A DNA stretch of 64,000 bases. Origin: an uncultured Candidatus Saccharibacteria bacterium. Lineage in GTDB: Bacteria; Patescibacteriota; CAZHWT01. A model generated the notes under the pieces. It was not told where the DNA came from, ran no database searches, and saw only the letters and a list, made by a program, of their open reading frames with translations. The translations under genes were made by a program, and so were the position numbers. Each line of letters begins with the position of its first letter. Position 1 is the stretch's first letter. Positions 17,884 to 28,278 of this stretch are shown one piece after another. The DNA lies in NCBI GenBank assembly GCA_964554805.1, contig CAZKPX010000002.1, positions 49,889 through 113,888 on the forward strand. The letters run 5' to 3'.

Positions 17884-18523
17884 GATGATGGTTGGAAGAT
17901 GGTTGAGGCAGGCCCACTTTATTGAGGTAGCAATGAGCGCATAATGACTCGTAGGTAATTGCGTTCTGATTGTCTATAGCAATTTGATCACCCTGATTGG
18001 TGAAGGTATCGTTGACCATGCGGCCATTAAATAGAGCTTTTTGTCCACATCGGCAAATAGTTTTTAACTCTTCTAGGCTGTGCGCTAATTCAAATAAGCG
18101 GACTGAGCCTGGAAAAGCTTTGGTTTGGAAGTCGGCGCGTAGGCCATAGCAAATGACGGGAATATTGTATTCAACAGCAATGGAAAATAATTGTTCAATG
18201 TGAGTGGGGGCAAAGAATTGAGCCTCATCCACCAGTAGGCAGTCAATTTGTTGCTCAACTTGATGGGCTGTTATTAGCTGAGTGATATCCTGGTCGCTAT
18301 TTATAAGGTAGTCTACTTTGCGGCTGGTGCCAATTCTCGATACGACTTCGTGGTACCCTTTGGTGTCGGTGGCGGGCTTAATGATGATAGCTTGCATATT
18401 CCGCTCATGATAATTGTGAGCGACTTGAATCAAAGCGGTGGTTTTTCCACAATTCATTGCACCATATCGAAAGTAGAGTTTGGCCATATCTATAAGATTA
18501 AAGCGATAGACTTTTAGATTCAA
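17876..18523 (-). CDS. tdk: Thymidine kinase
   Basis: P-loop YGAMNCGKTTALIQ plus a C-terminal zinc ribbon (CRCGQKA...CAHCY), typical of type II TK. Confidence 0.85.
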   Translation of the reverse strand: MNLKVYRFNLIDMAKLYFRYGAMNCGKTTALIQVAHNYHERNMQAIIIKPATDTKGYHEVVSRIGTSRKVDYLINSDQDITQLITAHQVEQQIDCLLVDEAQFFAPTHIEQLFSIAVEYNIPVICYGLRADFQTKAFPGSVRLFELAHSLEELKTICRCGQKALFNGRMVNDTFTNQGDQIAIDNQNAITYESLCAHCYLNKVGLPQPSSNHHLN

Positions 18524-18552
18524 GATATTGAATGATTGATCAATATCTGATC

Positions 18553-19320
18553 TTACTTGAAAGCTTGTTGAAGCCCAGCAAGACTCTGCCTGAGCTGTTC
18601 ATCTTGGGCTTTGATGAGCGCCAGATGGTCGGTGGCAAGCTTATCAAAAGAGTCATATTTTGGGGTCAATTCAGATTTTTTGGTCAGGAACTCGGCCTGG
18701 TTAGTTTTCTTGTATAGTTCTGATAGGTCGGTGAAGTCGGAGGAAATATCTTCAATGGTGCTGAGTAGTTTTTGGCTAAAGTTTTGACTTGCTTGGGGCA
18801 CAATGATATTGGATAAGTGCTGGTGAGCTTGTGACCAAGTGGTAGCAAGTTGCGCTTGCTGCTCAGCATCGGCGGCTTGGCCTTGGTTTAGTTTGGCAAG
18901 CACCGGTGCCAGTTGAGATTGGTAGTGGCTGAGCTGATAGCTGAGACTTAGCTGATCATCGGCTTGTTTAAAAGCGGCAGCGATGTTTTGATTTGCTTGC
19001 TGTTGTTCTGAAGACAGCAATGACAGGCTGAATATCCTGGGATTGGCTGGCATCTGCTTGGCTATATTTTGTAAATCTTGCTGCAGAATATTGAGATAAC
19101 CATCAAGCAAAAAATCCTCATTTTCTCGATTATCGTTGAGGTCTATGTTGGCTCTATTGAGACGAGCTTCTGTCAATTGCTTTTGTTGCTGGTAAGCAGC
19201 TTGGTATTGTTGATGACTAAACCATACCCAAGCAAATACAAGTAAAGCGGTGAGGATCAATGCGGAGAGAGCAGAAATGATACGCTGTTTTTTGGTGAAT
19301 GATAGTCGAGTCAGCTTCAT
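18553..19320 (-). CDS. Membrane-anchored, Gln-rich coiled-coil protein of unknown function
   Basis: N-terminal TM (IISALSALILTALLVFAWVWF), then a Q/A-rich helical body. Its stop overlaps the start of the upstream metalloprotease gene. Confidence 0.45.
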   Translation of the reverse strand: MKLTRLSFTKKQRIISALSALILTALLVFAWVWFSHQQYQAAYQQQKQLTEARLNRANIDLNDNRENEDFLLDGYLNILQQDLQNIAKQMPANPRIFSLSLLSSEQQQANQNIAAAFKQADDQLSLSYQLSHYQSQLAPVLAKLNQGQAADAEQQAQLATTWSQAHQHLSNIIVPQASQNFSQKLLSTIEDISSDFTDLSELYKKTNQAEFLTKKSELTPKYDSFDKLATDHLALIKAQDEQLRQSLAGLQQAFK

Positions 19321-19321
19321 A

Positions 19322-20098
19322 CTAGAGTCCTAATGCCGGTGATCGTAATTCGCTATTCAGAGGCCAAGGGTTGAAATGGCAGCCTTGCAAGTTGATTGAT
19401 TGCTGCTGCATGACAGGAGCGGCTTGACCTGCTCCACCGCATTGGCTGTGACCGTGCCCTAGCCAGTGGCCGGTTTCATGATTAACTACCATGTGTTGAT
19501 AATCCCGAAGGCTTCCTCCAGCGTTGTTCCAAGAAGTTGTTGCTCCCAGCCATCGATCTTGGTTGATAATGACATAACGACCAACTCGACAACTGTAATC
19601 GCTGCTACAACTGGAGCTAAAAATGGGGAGTTGATCAGCACTCGCCAAAACAAGCGTAAAATTGCCCCCGCTGGCGACTTGGCTAAAACTGACTCCCAGT
19701 CGTCTCCAGCCACGCTGGTCATCGTATGTTTGTTGGGCCAGAGTTTTAAATGTTTGAAGATCGGCGGTAATTGAGCCGCGAGTTGTCACATCATAGGTAA
19801 CATGCTGAGTGCCGCCCGCTCTGGCTGGTATGGAGCTCGGCGTGGGTGTGGGGGGCGCTACTATATTGGGAGCAGCTAGTTCTTCAAGACTGGCGGATAA
19901 GGCATTGCTTTGCTGTAGCGGGCAGTCTAGCGGTTGTTGACAGCTACTGTCCGTTTTTGAATCAGCATTGATGTCTGATTGGGCTTTGGATAAATGTGGA
20001 CTGATGAGCCACATCGCTATTGGAATACAGGCGACTAAAAGACCAATAGAAAGCGATAATTTAAAATGGTGGAATGGCGAATGGTTTTGTGGCAGCAT
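19322..20098 (-). CDS. Secreted zinc metalloprotease with a metzincin motif (HExxHxxGxxH)
   Basis: N-terminal signal anchor. HETGHWLGHGH matches HExxHxxGxxH (snapalysin/M7-like). Cys-containing C-terminal region. Confidence 0.55.
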   Translation of the reverse strand: MLPQNHSPFHHFKLSLSIGLLVACIPIAMWLISPHLSKAQSDINADSKTDSSCQQPLDCPLQQSNALSASLEELAAPNIVAPPTPTPSSIPARAGGTQHVTYDVTTRGSITADLQTFKTLAQQTYDDQRGWRRLGVSFSQVASGGNFTLVLASADQLPIFSSSCSSDYSCRVGRYVIINQDRWLGATTSWNNAGGSLRDYQHMVVNHETGHWLGHGHSQCGGAGQAAPVMQQQSINLQGCHFNPWPLNSELRSPALGL

Positions 20099-20177
20099 GG
20101 TGTTTTGAATAGAGGCATATCTAGTGTATCACAGCTCGAAATTGATGTGTGGTTTGGGGCTATTTTAGAAAGCTTGG

Positions 20178-20206
20178 TTGACAATGGTTGACAGTTGGAC
20201 TATAAT
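20178..20206 (+). promoter_or_regulatory. Sigma70-type promoter for the GlsB/YeaQ-family gene
   Basis: TTGACA (20178-20183), 17 bp, TATAAT (20201-20206), about 75 bp upstream of ATG 20282. Confidence 0.45.
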
Positions 20207-20281
20207 ATAATCGTATACTGATATTGATATATAGAAATATAATTTAAATTACATTACTACATACAATAGGAGGAAATAAAT

Positions 20282-20542
20282 ATGGGTATTCTGTCATGGA
20301 TAATCTTGGGTGCATTGGCTGGGTGGGTAGCTTCAATGATTATGAAGACTGATGGTCAACAAGGATGGTTGGGGAATATAATCGTTGGTATTGTCGGTGC
20401 AGTGGTCGGTGGTTGGATTGCTGGATTGTTCGGTATGGGCGGCTTTGACGGCTTTAATGTCGGAAGCTTTTTAGTGGCATTGGTTGGTTCGTTAGTCGTG
20501 CTGTTTGTGTACAAGAAGTTAGCCGGTCGCAAGGCAGTTTAA
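20282..20542 (+). CDS. GlsB/YeaQ/YmgE-family small membrane protein (transglycosylase-associated)
   Basis: MGILSWIILGALAGWVASMIM...GWLGNIIVGIVGAVVGGWIAGLFG is the family consensus almost verbatim. Confidence 0.85.
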   Translation: MGILSWIILGALAGWVASMIMKTDGQQGWLGNIIVGIVGAVVGGWIAGLFGMGGFDGFNVGSFLVALVGSLVVLFVYKKLAGRKAV

Positions 20543-20563
20543 TCAAGGATGTGTCCCAATTTT

Positions 20564-20599
20564 AAAATACCCTGTGCGTGGCGCGGGGTATTTTTATGC
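20564..20599 (+). terminator. Rho-independent terminator
   Basis: aaaataccc / gggtatttt stem with an inner gcg/cgc stem, followed by TTTTT. Confidence 0.6.
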
Positions 20600-20638
20600 T
20601 TTAGTTTGGAGTAAAGTTTTATTGTTAAACTCTTGGCT

Positions 20639-21898
20639 TTAGTTCTTAACAAGTACGATGGCGTTGGGCAGTAATCTACCAGGTCCAGCTTTGTAGGCGC
20701 CACTAATATACAGGGCACTGGAGCCGCCGCCATCAAGATTAAGGGCATGAGTGGCGCCAAGTGACTGCATGACTGTAGCCAGGTCAGTTATTGAAACGCC
20801 ACTTGCGACGACTAAAAAGATGTCCGTACCATTAACGCCAAGTGCACCTTTGAGATTTCGTGATTTTTGGGCCAAGGATTGGCTATTCTCATCGCTGTTG
20901 ACTTGGTTATTGAATAGTATGAGTGGTGGGAAGTTTGAGATGGCTGCAGTTACGGCGTGGCCTGGATAGGTAGCCCCATTCTTGTAGGCTTGGGCGGTAC
21001 TGCCGGTGAAGGTGATCATGCCGATGCTGTCCCAGAATCGGGCGTTGGGATTGTGCCAGTTACCGGCTCTGCTGTTAAAGACAGCAAAATCAAATGAGTA
21101 CGTTTTGCCGGCGCAAGAAGCATAATCTGGAGGACAGAAGTAGCTGCCGTTGATACCGGCGTAGGCTCCATTTTCGGCGACGTATTGGGCCAAGGTTTTG
21201 GCTGGGCAATTATTGGTGCAGGCGGAGTCGGCGCCAGTGACTGTCTTAACCGTATATTGGTTGAGAGGAAGCTTGATTAATTTAACCGCGAAAGCACCTC
21301 GGGATGTATTGACAGTGGAGCTGCTATAACCTGACGGATTGGCTGTGCTCCCTCCTCCCCCGCTTGCGGTAGCGGCCTTGGTTGGGACTGGCGTCGCTTT
21401 GGGTAGACTGGCTTGGTATTGCTGGAATTGGGTGTCAAGAACAGTTTGAGTATCGGTTAGACTTTTACGGAGCTCGTCATGCTTTTTGCTGAGCAGTAAA
21501 TTGCCCCAATTGGCATAGCTATCCGTGGTGGATTTGGTATCAATTTTGGCTAAGTTATTTCTGTCCACCTTCGTTTGTATGTCACTGTATAAATCAAAGA
21601 TTTGTTGAAGCGGCGTCCATTGACTGGATGAGGAAGTGGCTTGAATGTCAGCTACTTGCTTTTCCAGTTCAGCTTTTTGGCCTTGAATTGTCGCTAGTTG
21701 AACGGTTAGTTGATTGGATTGTTCGAGAAAGGACTGTTGATCTGAGTGTTGATGCTGATTAGCTTGCTGCAGTTGGATATTCTGCCACAGCAACCAGCTA
21801 CTGGTTACGGCAGCTAGAATTACTACGACGATAAGAACACTCAGCCATCGCCAGGTTGTTGGTTGAAAATGAATAGCAGGCAAAGCCAATTTGGGCAT
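20639..21898 (-). CDS. Phosphodiester glycosidase family protein (NAGPA-like/DUF2233), membrane-anchored with a coiled-coil stalk
   Basis: N-terminal TM, Q-rich coiled coil, and the C-terminal hallmark ALNLDGGGSSALY. Confidence 0.55.
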   Translation of the reverse strand: MPKLALPAIHFQPTTWRWLSVLIVVVILAAVTSSWLLWQNIQLQQANQHQHSDQQSFLEQSNQLTVQLATIQGQKAELEKQVADIQATSSSSQWTPLQQIFDLYSDIQTKVDRNNLAKIDTKSTTDSYANWGNLLLSKKHDELRKSLTDTQTVLDTQFQQYQASLPKATPVPTKAATASGGGGSTANPSGYSSSTVNTSRGAFAVKLIKLPLNQYTVKTVTGADSACTNNCPAKTLAQYVAENGAYAGINGSYFCPPDYASCAGKTYSFDFAVFNSRAGNWHNPNARFWDSIGMITFTGSTAQAYKNGATYPGHAVTAAISNFPPLILFNNQVNSDENSQSLAQKSRNLKGALGVNGTDIFLVVASGVSITDLATVMQSLGATHALNLDGGGSSALYISGAYKAGPGRLLPNAIVLVKN

Positions 21899-21962
21899 GA
21901 TGCTATTGTAGCCTATTGGCGCTTGTCTGTTAAGTTTTCGGTAGAATGTGAATGAGAGGCTT

Positions 21963-23081
21963 TTAATTGAGTTTCGACTGAGGAGCGGTCAGGAATGTGT
22001 CTGCTAAGGCTGATTTTAGGTCGTCGATGCCCTGGTTAGCCTGAGCAGAAATAAATTGGGGCTGATACATACGGTAGTTGCCTGCCAGTTGTTCTAGTGA
22101 CTGACTTGACTGCAAATCAAGCTTGTTGAAAATAAAGATCTGTGGCTTGTCGGCTAAGCCTAGTTGTTCAACAATGTCTTGAACGACCTTGATCTTCGAC
22201 TCCATTTGAGGATCGCTGGTATCAATAACATGGAGCAAAATGTCGGCATAGACAGACTCCATTAGCGTGGATTTGAAGGCTTCAACTAATTCGAGCGGCA
22301 AGTCTTGGATAAAGCCAATGGTGTCGGAGACGAGTATGGCTTGATCAATGGATGGGAGATATACCTTGCCGACTGCTGAGTCTAGGGTGGCAAATAGGAC
22401 ATCCTCGGCTAGTTTATCTTTCTTTGTTAGGCGATTGAACAGGGTGCTTTTGCCGGCATTGGTGTAGCCAATAATGGAGGCAGTCTTAAGTCCGATTCGT
22501 CGTCGCTGGTCTAGTTGTCGATGGCGTTCGTTGGTTAGCTTTTCTAATTTGGTTTCAGCCAATTTGATTTGATCGCGCCAGTGACGCTTCATGCGCTCGG
22601 TATTCGTTTCCCCAATGCCTCGTCCACCGATACCACCGCCCTGACGAGACATCTCCATGCCCATGCCGTAGATGCGCGGACCCATATGTCTCATGGCTGC
22701 TAGTTCAATTTGCAGTCTAGATTCGGTGGTGTTGGCATGTTTGGCGAAGATTTTGAGAATGAGGTCTACTCTATCCCAGACTTCAATCTGCGGATCGGCT
22801 TTGCTGAGAAATTCTTTGATGTCGTAAATATGGCCCGGTTTAATAATACCGTTTAGTACTACCACATCAGCCTTATTGTCCTTAATGCTTTGTGCAACCT
22901 CTTCTAGTTTGCCTTGGCCTAGAAATGAGCCTTTGTCGTGGACTTCCCGTTTTTGGATAATATGATCTACAGCCTTGCCGCCATAGGATGTTATGAGGTG
23001 TTGGCTTTCGCGGAAATATATAAAGGCTTGTTCGTCGGATAGACTCTTAGGCTGGATACCGGTTAGAATGAATTTGGTCAC
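21963..23081 (-). CDS. hflX: GTPase HflX
   Basis: HflX N-terminal domain, then G-domain motifs GYTNAGKSTLFN (G1), DTIGF (G3) and NKLD (G4). Confidence 0.85.
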   Translation of the reverse strand: MTKFILTGIQPKSLSDEQAFIYFRESQHLITSYGGKAVDHIIQKREVHDKGSFLGQGKLEEVAQSIKDNKADVVVLNGIIKPGHIYDIKEFLSKADPQIEVWDRVDLILKIFAKHANTTESRLQIELAAMRHMGPRIYGMGMEMSRQGGGIGGRGIGETNTERMKRHWRDQIKLAETKLEKLTNERHRQLDQRRRIGLKTASIIGYTNAGKSTLFNRLTKKDKLAEDVLFATLDSAVGKVYLPSIDQAILVSDTIGFIQDLPLELVEAFKSTLMESVYADILLHVIDTSDPQMESKIKVVQDIVEQLGLADKPQIFIFNKLDLQSSQSLEQLAGNYRMYQPQFISAQANQGIDDLKSALADTFLTAPQSKLN

Positions 23082-23140
23082 ATGAGTATTATACTATGCT
23101 TCAGCTTAGCCATGCTTAAGTTGGTATGGATTTGAAATTA

Positions 23141-23181
23141 TAAAAATAAGGAGGCATACTGGGTTCAGTGAACCCAGTATG
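23141..23181 (-). terminator. Rho-independent terminator downstream of the 23195..23668 gene
   Basis: Perfect 11-bp stem catactgggtt / aacccagtatg with loop cagtg. On the minus strand it is followed by a T-tract (plus-strand ataaaaataa). Confidence 0.6.
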
Positions 23182-23194
23182 GATGGGCAATGGA

Positions 23195-23668
23195 CTAGAC
23201 TAGAAGTGCCTGGCCTTGATTGACGATAGCCTGGAGACTATTTCTTTGGTCTCTGATTTCTCCGAGTGGTTCGTCAAATGTTTGACGAGATCTTAGCTCG
23301 TCATCGAGCTGAATAAGCTGATCTTCGGCCTGCGCCAGGGCATTTTGCAGCACCGTGTTGCAATGCTGTAAGACCTTTTTTATGAACTGGTCGACCAGTT
23401 CGGGTGGTAGATCTTGGCTTCTGTCGCTATGAGAAACTTCTTGAATTTCAAGCTGGCGACGATTGTCGTATCTGGTAATCTTCCAGTTGGCCCTTTCTGA
23501 ATTTTCCGGGAAGGGCATATATAGGCCAAGGATAGCCTGGATGTGGATTATGGGTGGGTTGTGCTGGAGGAAAAGTATCCCTTGCTGCTCACAGGCGTTA
23601 AGCTGGTCGAGCACTTCTACCCTGGTCATCACTTGAACGAACAAGCTGGTTTGATTGCTTGCCGACAT
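23195..23668 (-). CDS. Hypothetical protein
   Basis: 157 aa, no recognisable motif. Confidence 0.4.
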   Translation of the reverse strand: MSASNQTSLFVQVMTRVEVLDQLNACEQQGILFLQHNPPIIHIQAILGLYMPFPENSERANWKITRYDNRRQLEIQEVSHSDRSQDLPPELVDQFIKKVLQHCNTVLQNALAQAEDQLIQLDDELRSRQTFDEPLGEIRDQRNSLQAIVNQGQALLV

Positions 23669-23744
23669 TTTTAACTATCCTTCACTAGAACGAATACGTC
23701 AGCTATCTTGTAGCATTTTAGTAGTAATAAATCAAGCGATAGTC

Positions 23745-25508
23745 TTAAGAAGCTTTGCGGCCGTCCATTAGTAGCTCCATGGCGTGTTTTAGGGAGCCGG
23801 CGTTGGTGATGGTGCCTGAATTGACGAAGAAGATTTGATCAGCCTTTTCGATAGTATTGAGTCGATGGGCAATGATGATCTTGGTGGTGCTTGATGGTAA
23901 TCGGTCGAGGATTTCTTGCAAGACTTGCTCGGTGATGGTGTCGACATTGGCAGTAGCTTCGTCTAGGATGAGTAGTTTTGGCTGTCGCACTACGGCTCTA
24001 ATGAAGGCAATGATTTGCTTTTGGCCGAGGCTGAGGCTGTCGCCAGTGTTTTGGATAGGGGTGTCGAGGCCTTGGCTAAACTTTTCGATTAGGTGGTAAA
24101 GTTTGAGATCTTGGAGGGTGGCTGTTATTTGGTCGGAGTCAACTGGCTGCAGTTTGGCATTGCCGTAGGCAATATTTTCGGCGATAGTGCCATTGAATAA
24201 GAAGGGTTCTTGAAGGATGAAGCCGATTTCTTGAGCTCGCTGCTTTGGTTCATAGCCGCGGATGTCTCGGTTATCGAGCAGTACCATGCCTTGGCTTGGG
24301 TCAAATAACCTAGCGATCAGTGAAGCGGTAGTTGTTTTTCCGCCACCAGTCGGGCCTACCAGGGCGTATGTTTTGCCGTGGTCGAGAGTGAAGTTGATAT
24401 CATTGAGGACTTGTTTGCCTTCCGGGTAATGGAATGACACGTTCTTGAACTCAATCATGGCGCCAGCTTTGTGTTCGATCAGCTGATTATCCGGATGGGT
24501 GGTTAGATCTGATTTGAGCCCAAGCAAATGGTTTACTCGGTCCCAGGCGGCTAGGGCTTTTTGGAAATTGCTCCACATATTGGCTAGCTCTCGTAATGGA
24601 TCATAGAATGATTTGACATAGGCCATATAGGCAATCAGGGCGCCGATTGACAATGCGTCTTGAGAAGCAAGATGTAAGCCGAAGATGAGAACAAGTGCTT
24701 GGGCGATATTGGCGCTCATATCGAAAATTGGCGAAAGAGTGGTGTTGGCGACACTAGCTTTGAGGTTGGCCTTGTAATTTCGTTGGTTGAATTGGTCGAA
24801 TTTGTATTGGAAGTAGTCTTGGCGATTGAAGGCTGCGATAACTTTGAAGTTGTTGAGGTTTTCTTGAATCTCGCCGCTTAGTTCACTGGTGGATTGGAGT
24901 GATTTGGCGTTTTGACTCTTGAGCCAGCCTGAGGTTAATTTGGTCGCCATGATAATAATAATGGCGGGGATAAGCGCGACTAAGCCGAGCTGCCAATTGA
25001 TGAATAGCATAAAAATGCCGGCACCGGTAATGATAATGCTGTTGCTGAGCATCCAGCCCAAGCTTTCAGAAAAGAAGCTGCTGAGATAATTGGTATCGTT
25101 ATTAAGGCGGCTAATCAAATCACCACTGCGGTTTTGATTGAAGAAGGCTAGGGGCAGCTGCTGCAGTTTGTCGAAGATGCGATTACGCAAATCAAATAGT
25201 ATTTGTTGACTAATGGCTCCGAGATAGCTGGTTTGAATATAATCGAGAACGAAGGCGGTGATAAAGATGCCTCCGAGGATAGCTGCCCAGCGCAGGACGC
25301 CGCTGAAATCTTTGCCGGCTATAAAGGTGTCGATGACATGAGCCAAAATAAGTGGCCATAGTAAGGTCAAGCCTACACTGAGCATCGACACGCCGATAGC
25401 TAGGCTGAATTTGACTTTATGAGGAGTCATCAGGCCAGCCAGTTGCTTGAGTGTGTGCCAGAATGGCGGTTGAATTGTGTCGTTTCCGCTAGTCAGCTTG
25501 TAGTTCAT
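23745..25508 (-). CDS. ABC exporter, fused permease-ATPase (type I exporter half-transporter)
   Basis: Six-TM transmembrane domain, then Walker A GPTGGGKTT, signature LSLGQKQ, Walker B LLILDEAT. Confidence 0.85.
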   Translation of the reverse strand: MNYKLTSGNDTIQPPFWHTLKQLAGLMTPHKVKFSLAIGVSMLSVGLTLLWPLILAHVIDTFIAGKDFSGVLRWAAILGGIFITAFVLDYIQTSYLGAISQQILFDLRNRIFDKLQQLPLAFFNQNRSGDLISRLNNDTNYLSSFFSESLGWMLSNSIIITGAGIFMLFINWQLGLVALIPAIIIIMATKLTSGWLKSQNAKSLQSTSELSGEIQENLNNFKVIAAFNRQDYFQYKFDQFNQRNYKANLKASVANTTLSPIFDMSANIAQALVLIFGLHLASQDALSIGALIAYMAYVKSFYDPLRELANMWSNFQKALAAWDRVNHLLGLKSDLTTHPDNQLIEHKAGAMIEFKNVSFHYPEGKQVLNDINFTLDHGKTYALVGPTGGGKTTTASLIARLFDPSQGMVLLDNRDIRGYEPKQRAQEIGFILQEPFLFNGTIAENIAYGNAKLQPVDSDQITATLQDLKLYHLIEKFSQGLDTPIQNTGDSLSLGQKQIIAFIRAVVRQPKLLILDEATANVDTITEQVLQEILDRLPSSTTKIIIAHRLNTIEKADQIFFVNSGTITNAGSLKHAMELLMDGRKAS

Positions 25509-27372
25509 AGGTGTTAAGGCTTTGCTGAGAATTATAAATTTGAACGTAGTCAGGGGATGATTTTAATAATTGTTTATGCGTGCCACGAGCCAAGAGTTCG
25601 CCATCCATCAATAGGAGGATCTGATCGTAGCCATCGATTGAGGTAATTTTTTGAGTCACAGAAATGAGTGTTAGTTGCGGATATAAGCGTTTGATATTGG
25701 CGATAATCTTGGCTTCAGTATTGATATCCACTCTGGCGGTGAAATCATCGAGCAGTAAGACTGATGGGTTAAGGGCTAGGGCTCGGGCCAACATTAAGCG
25801 TTGTTTTTGGCCGCCCGACAGACTGGAACCGCGCTCTGAAACTACTGTTTGCAAGCCTTGGGGAAGATTGTTGATAAAGTCAGTCAAATCGGCCGCTTCG
25901 ATGGCTTTGTCCAGTTCGGTCGGCCCTACCTCATTATTGAATGCAATATTCTGCTCTAAGCTGAGGTTGAAGACTGAGCTGTCTTGAAAAACTAAACCAA
26001 CTTGTTGGTAGAAAGATTTTTTGTCCAGCTGTTCGAGCGGTTGATCGTCGTACAGTATGGCGCCATTGGTGGGCGGGATTAGGCCAGCTAGGGTGTACAG
26101 CAGCTGACTTTTACCCGCGGCAGTCGGACCGATGATTGCTGTTTTGCTGCCTGGTTGTAGATCAAAATTTATATCCTTGAGAACTTGCTTTTGATCGTGG
26201 GTGAGCCCCAGGTTTTGGACCTGGACATGTCCGGAAAGTTTTTGATCGAGTGTGCCGGTGTGTTCAGGCGGTTCGATAGCGAGAACTGCGGCTACGCGTC
26301 CGTAAGATGCACTGGCTTCGGCCATCATGCTGCTCATGATGCCCAACATAATGATTGGCCAGATTATTAACCCCAGATAACCATTAAAAGCAGTTAGGTC
26401 GCCGAGCGTCATTTGCTCATTGATGACTTGATAGCCGCCATATACCAGAATAATTAAGACAGCTAGGTTGGCGAAGAAGCCGACCGAAGGGATGATGATG
26501 GCAAATAATTGAACGATCTTGAGCCCAATGGACAGTGATTCTTGGTTGGTCTTGCTGAAACGAGCGATTTCATCGTGATTGGAATACAAGACTCTAATCA
26601 GGGCCGAGCCCATAATTGTTTGATTGATAACGGCGTTGAGCTTGTCGATGACTTCTTGGGCGGAAATGAATAATTTGGAAGCTTTGCCGAAGACAAAACC
26701 AAAGGTGCCGCCGATCAGGGGGATAATTACTAGGACCGCTAAGCCGAGCTTCCAATTGATAACAATCAGGATGATGCTGGCCATTACTAACATAAATAAT
26801 GATGAGATAGCCATGGAAACTGTTGAGCCAACGAATAGCTTAACATTGTCGACATCTGAAGTGATATTGGTTAGCAACTTGGCTGGATCATTATTTTGAA
26901 TCTGTAGGTATGACTGATGCGCTATCTTGTGACTCAGTTGCTGGCGTAGGTCTCGTGCAACCTTTTCAGCAGTAAAGGCTTGGATTATGTTCTGCAGATA
27001 GGCAAAAACCAAGATGCCGACTATTAACAATGAGAATATAATTGCCACAGATTCGAAATGGTATTGTCCGGCGGTGAATTTATCAATACTTTGACCAATG
27101 AGCCAAGGCAGCATGAGCGCTAAACCGCTGGTGACTGATGTTGTTAGTAGGACTGCAGCTATCAGCCACTTGTATGGCTTGAGGACGGCGAAGATATTTG
27201 CCTGCGGGGCAGTTGGTGTTTCGGTAACAGCGGCTGGCTCTACTTCCTGCCTGTCTGGTGATGGGGAATCGAGTTGTTTTTTGGTTGATGATTTGGCCAT
27301 AGAACAAAGTTTTTTGCAAGGGTTTCTTAGTGTTTTTTTGAGTTTAAAATAGCGATCGCCTGGTTTTGGCAA
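25489..27372 (-). CDS. ABC exporter, fused permease-ATPase; partner of 23745..25508 (heterodimeric pair)
   Basis: TMD plus Walker A GPTAAGKSQ, signature LSGGQKQR, Walker B LLLDDFTA. A 20-nt overlap with the downstream partner suggests coupling. N-terminal start is uncertain (an alternative is MAKSST at 27300). Confidence 0.8.
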   Translation of the reverse strand: MPKPGDRYFKLKKTLRNPCKKLCSMAKSSTKKQLDSPSPDRQEVEPAAVTETPTAPQANIFAVLKPYKWLIAAVLLTTSVTSGLALMLPWLIGQSIDKFTAGQYHFESVAIIFSLLIVGILVFAYLQNIIQAFTAEKVARDLRQQLSHKIAHQSYLQIQNNDPAKLLTNITSDVDNVKLFVGSTVSMAISSLFMLVMASIILIVINWKLGLAVLVIIPLIGGTFGFVFGKASKLFISAQEVIDKLNAVINQTIMGSALIRVLYSNHDEIARFSKTNQESLSIGLKIVQLFAIIIPSVGFFANLAVLIILVYGGYQVINEQMTLGDLTAFNGYLGLIIWPIIMLGIMSSMMAEASASYGRVAAVLAIEPPEHTGTLDQKLSGHVQVQNLGLTHDQKQVLKDINFDLQPGSKTAIIGPTAAGKSQLLYTLAGLIPPTNGAILYDDQPLEQLDKKSFYQQVGLVFQDSSVFNLSLEQNIAFNNEVGPTELDKAIEAADLTDFINNLPQGLQTVVSERGSSLSGGQKQRLMLARALALNPSVLLLDDFTARVDINTEAKIIANIKRLYPQLTLISVTQKITSIDGYDQILLLMDGELLARGTHKQLLKSSPDYVQIYNSQQSLNTYELQAD

Positions 27373-27398
27373 TTGCCATATTTTACCATAGATACAGC

Positions 27399-27424
27399 AA
27401 AAGAGCCACTAGCGCGGCTCTTTT
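27399..27424. terminator. Hairpin terminator downstream of the aquaporin gene (minus strand)
   Basis: aaaagagcc-actagcgc-ggctctttt (9-bp stem) with flanking A and T runs. Confidence 0.5.
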
Positions 27425-27439
27425 GGTATTTATGTAAAC

Positions 27440-28063
27440 CTACTTTTCGTCGGATGGCTTTAACTGCGTGTAGGCCAGGCTGGCCAAGGCTCCGCCGACT
27501 AGCGGTCCAACAAGGTATAGTCCAATTCCAGACCAGTACTGAGAGATGTTTGATAGGTCGAAAAGGAGAGGGCTAATGCCCACGGCTGGATTAAAGGCTG
27601 CCCCGGATATAGATCCGACACAGAAAGCGCCGGCGACCACTGTTAAGGCGATGGCCAATCCAAAGTACTGGTTACCTTGAGCCTTTTTGGGTAGCGCCAC
27701 ATTGAGAACAGTGAATGCTAGCAAGAAGGTGAAGATGATTTCGGCAGATACAGCGGTTAACCAATTTACTGATTCGCCGGGAGCGGGAATAAACTTTTGA
27801 CTAAGAATGAAGAAGCTGACTGCAGCAGCCAACAAGCCACCGATCATCTGAGCTACCACATATCGACCGAGTTCCAGACTGGAGATTTTTTTCTGCATCC
27901 AGATGGCTAGAGATACTGCTGGATTAAAGTGTGCTCCTGAAACCGGCGCACCTATATAGATAATGGCTGCCAGTACCGCTCCAATGGCAAAGATATTGCC
28001 ACTCATGGCTACTGTTAGAACGAGAAAGAACGTTCCCAGTAACTCGACTGCATATTTTTTCAT
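27440..28063 (-). CDS. Aquaporin / MIP-family channel
   Basis: Two NPA boxes, GAHFNPAVSLA and GAAFNPAVGIS; 6 TM helices; ~207 aa. Confidence 0.8.
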   Translation of the reverse strand: MKKYAVELLGTFFLVLTVAMSGNIFAIGAVLAAIIYIGAPVSGAHFNPAVSLAIWMQKKISSLELGRYVVAQMIGGLLAAAVSFFILSQKFIPAPGESVNWLTAVSAEIIFTFLLAFTVLNVALPKKAQGNQYFGLAIALTVVAGAFCVGSISGAAFNPAVGISPLLFDLSNISQYWSGIGLYLVGPLVGGALASLAYTQLKPSDEK

Positions 28064-28278
28064 AGCTGTCCCCTTATAGTATGTAATGACTTTACTATAT
28101 ATCGAGCAGGCAAGGGTGTAAAGGATTTATTAATTTTGAACAGCGGTATTTCTTTAACTGAATCTTTTTGAAAATTTTATTCTAATAATTCAAACTCTTG
28201 CTCGTTGATTCAAACATGCAATATATGCTTCAAATTGAACGGAATGTAGTAACCGCCCGGAGTGACCGGGCGGTTAGC

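Noticed and set aside
20100-20280. Second TTGACA hexamer (20188-20193) as the -35 element
   Set aside because: Its spacing to the TATAAT at 20201 is only 7 bp. The upstream TTGACA (20178-20183) has the canonical 17-bp spacing.
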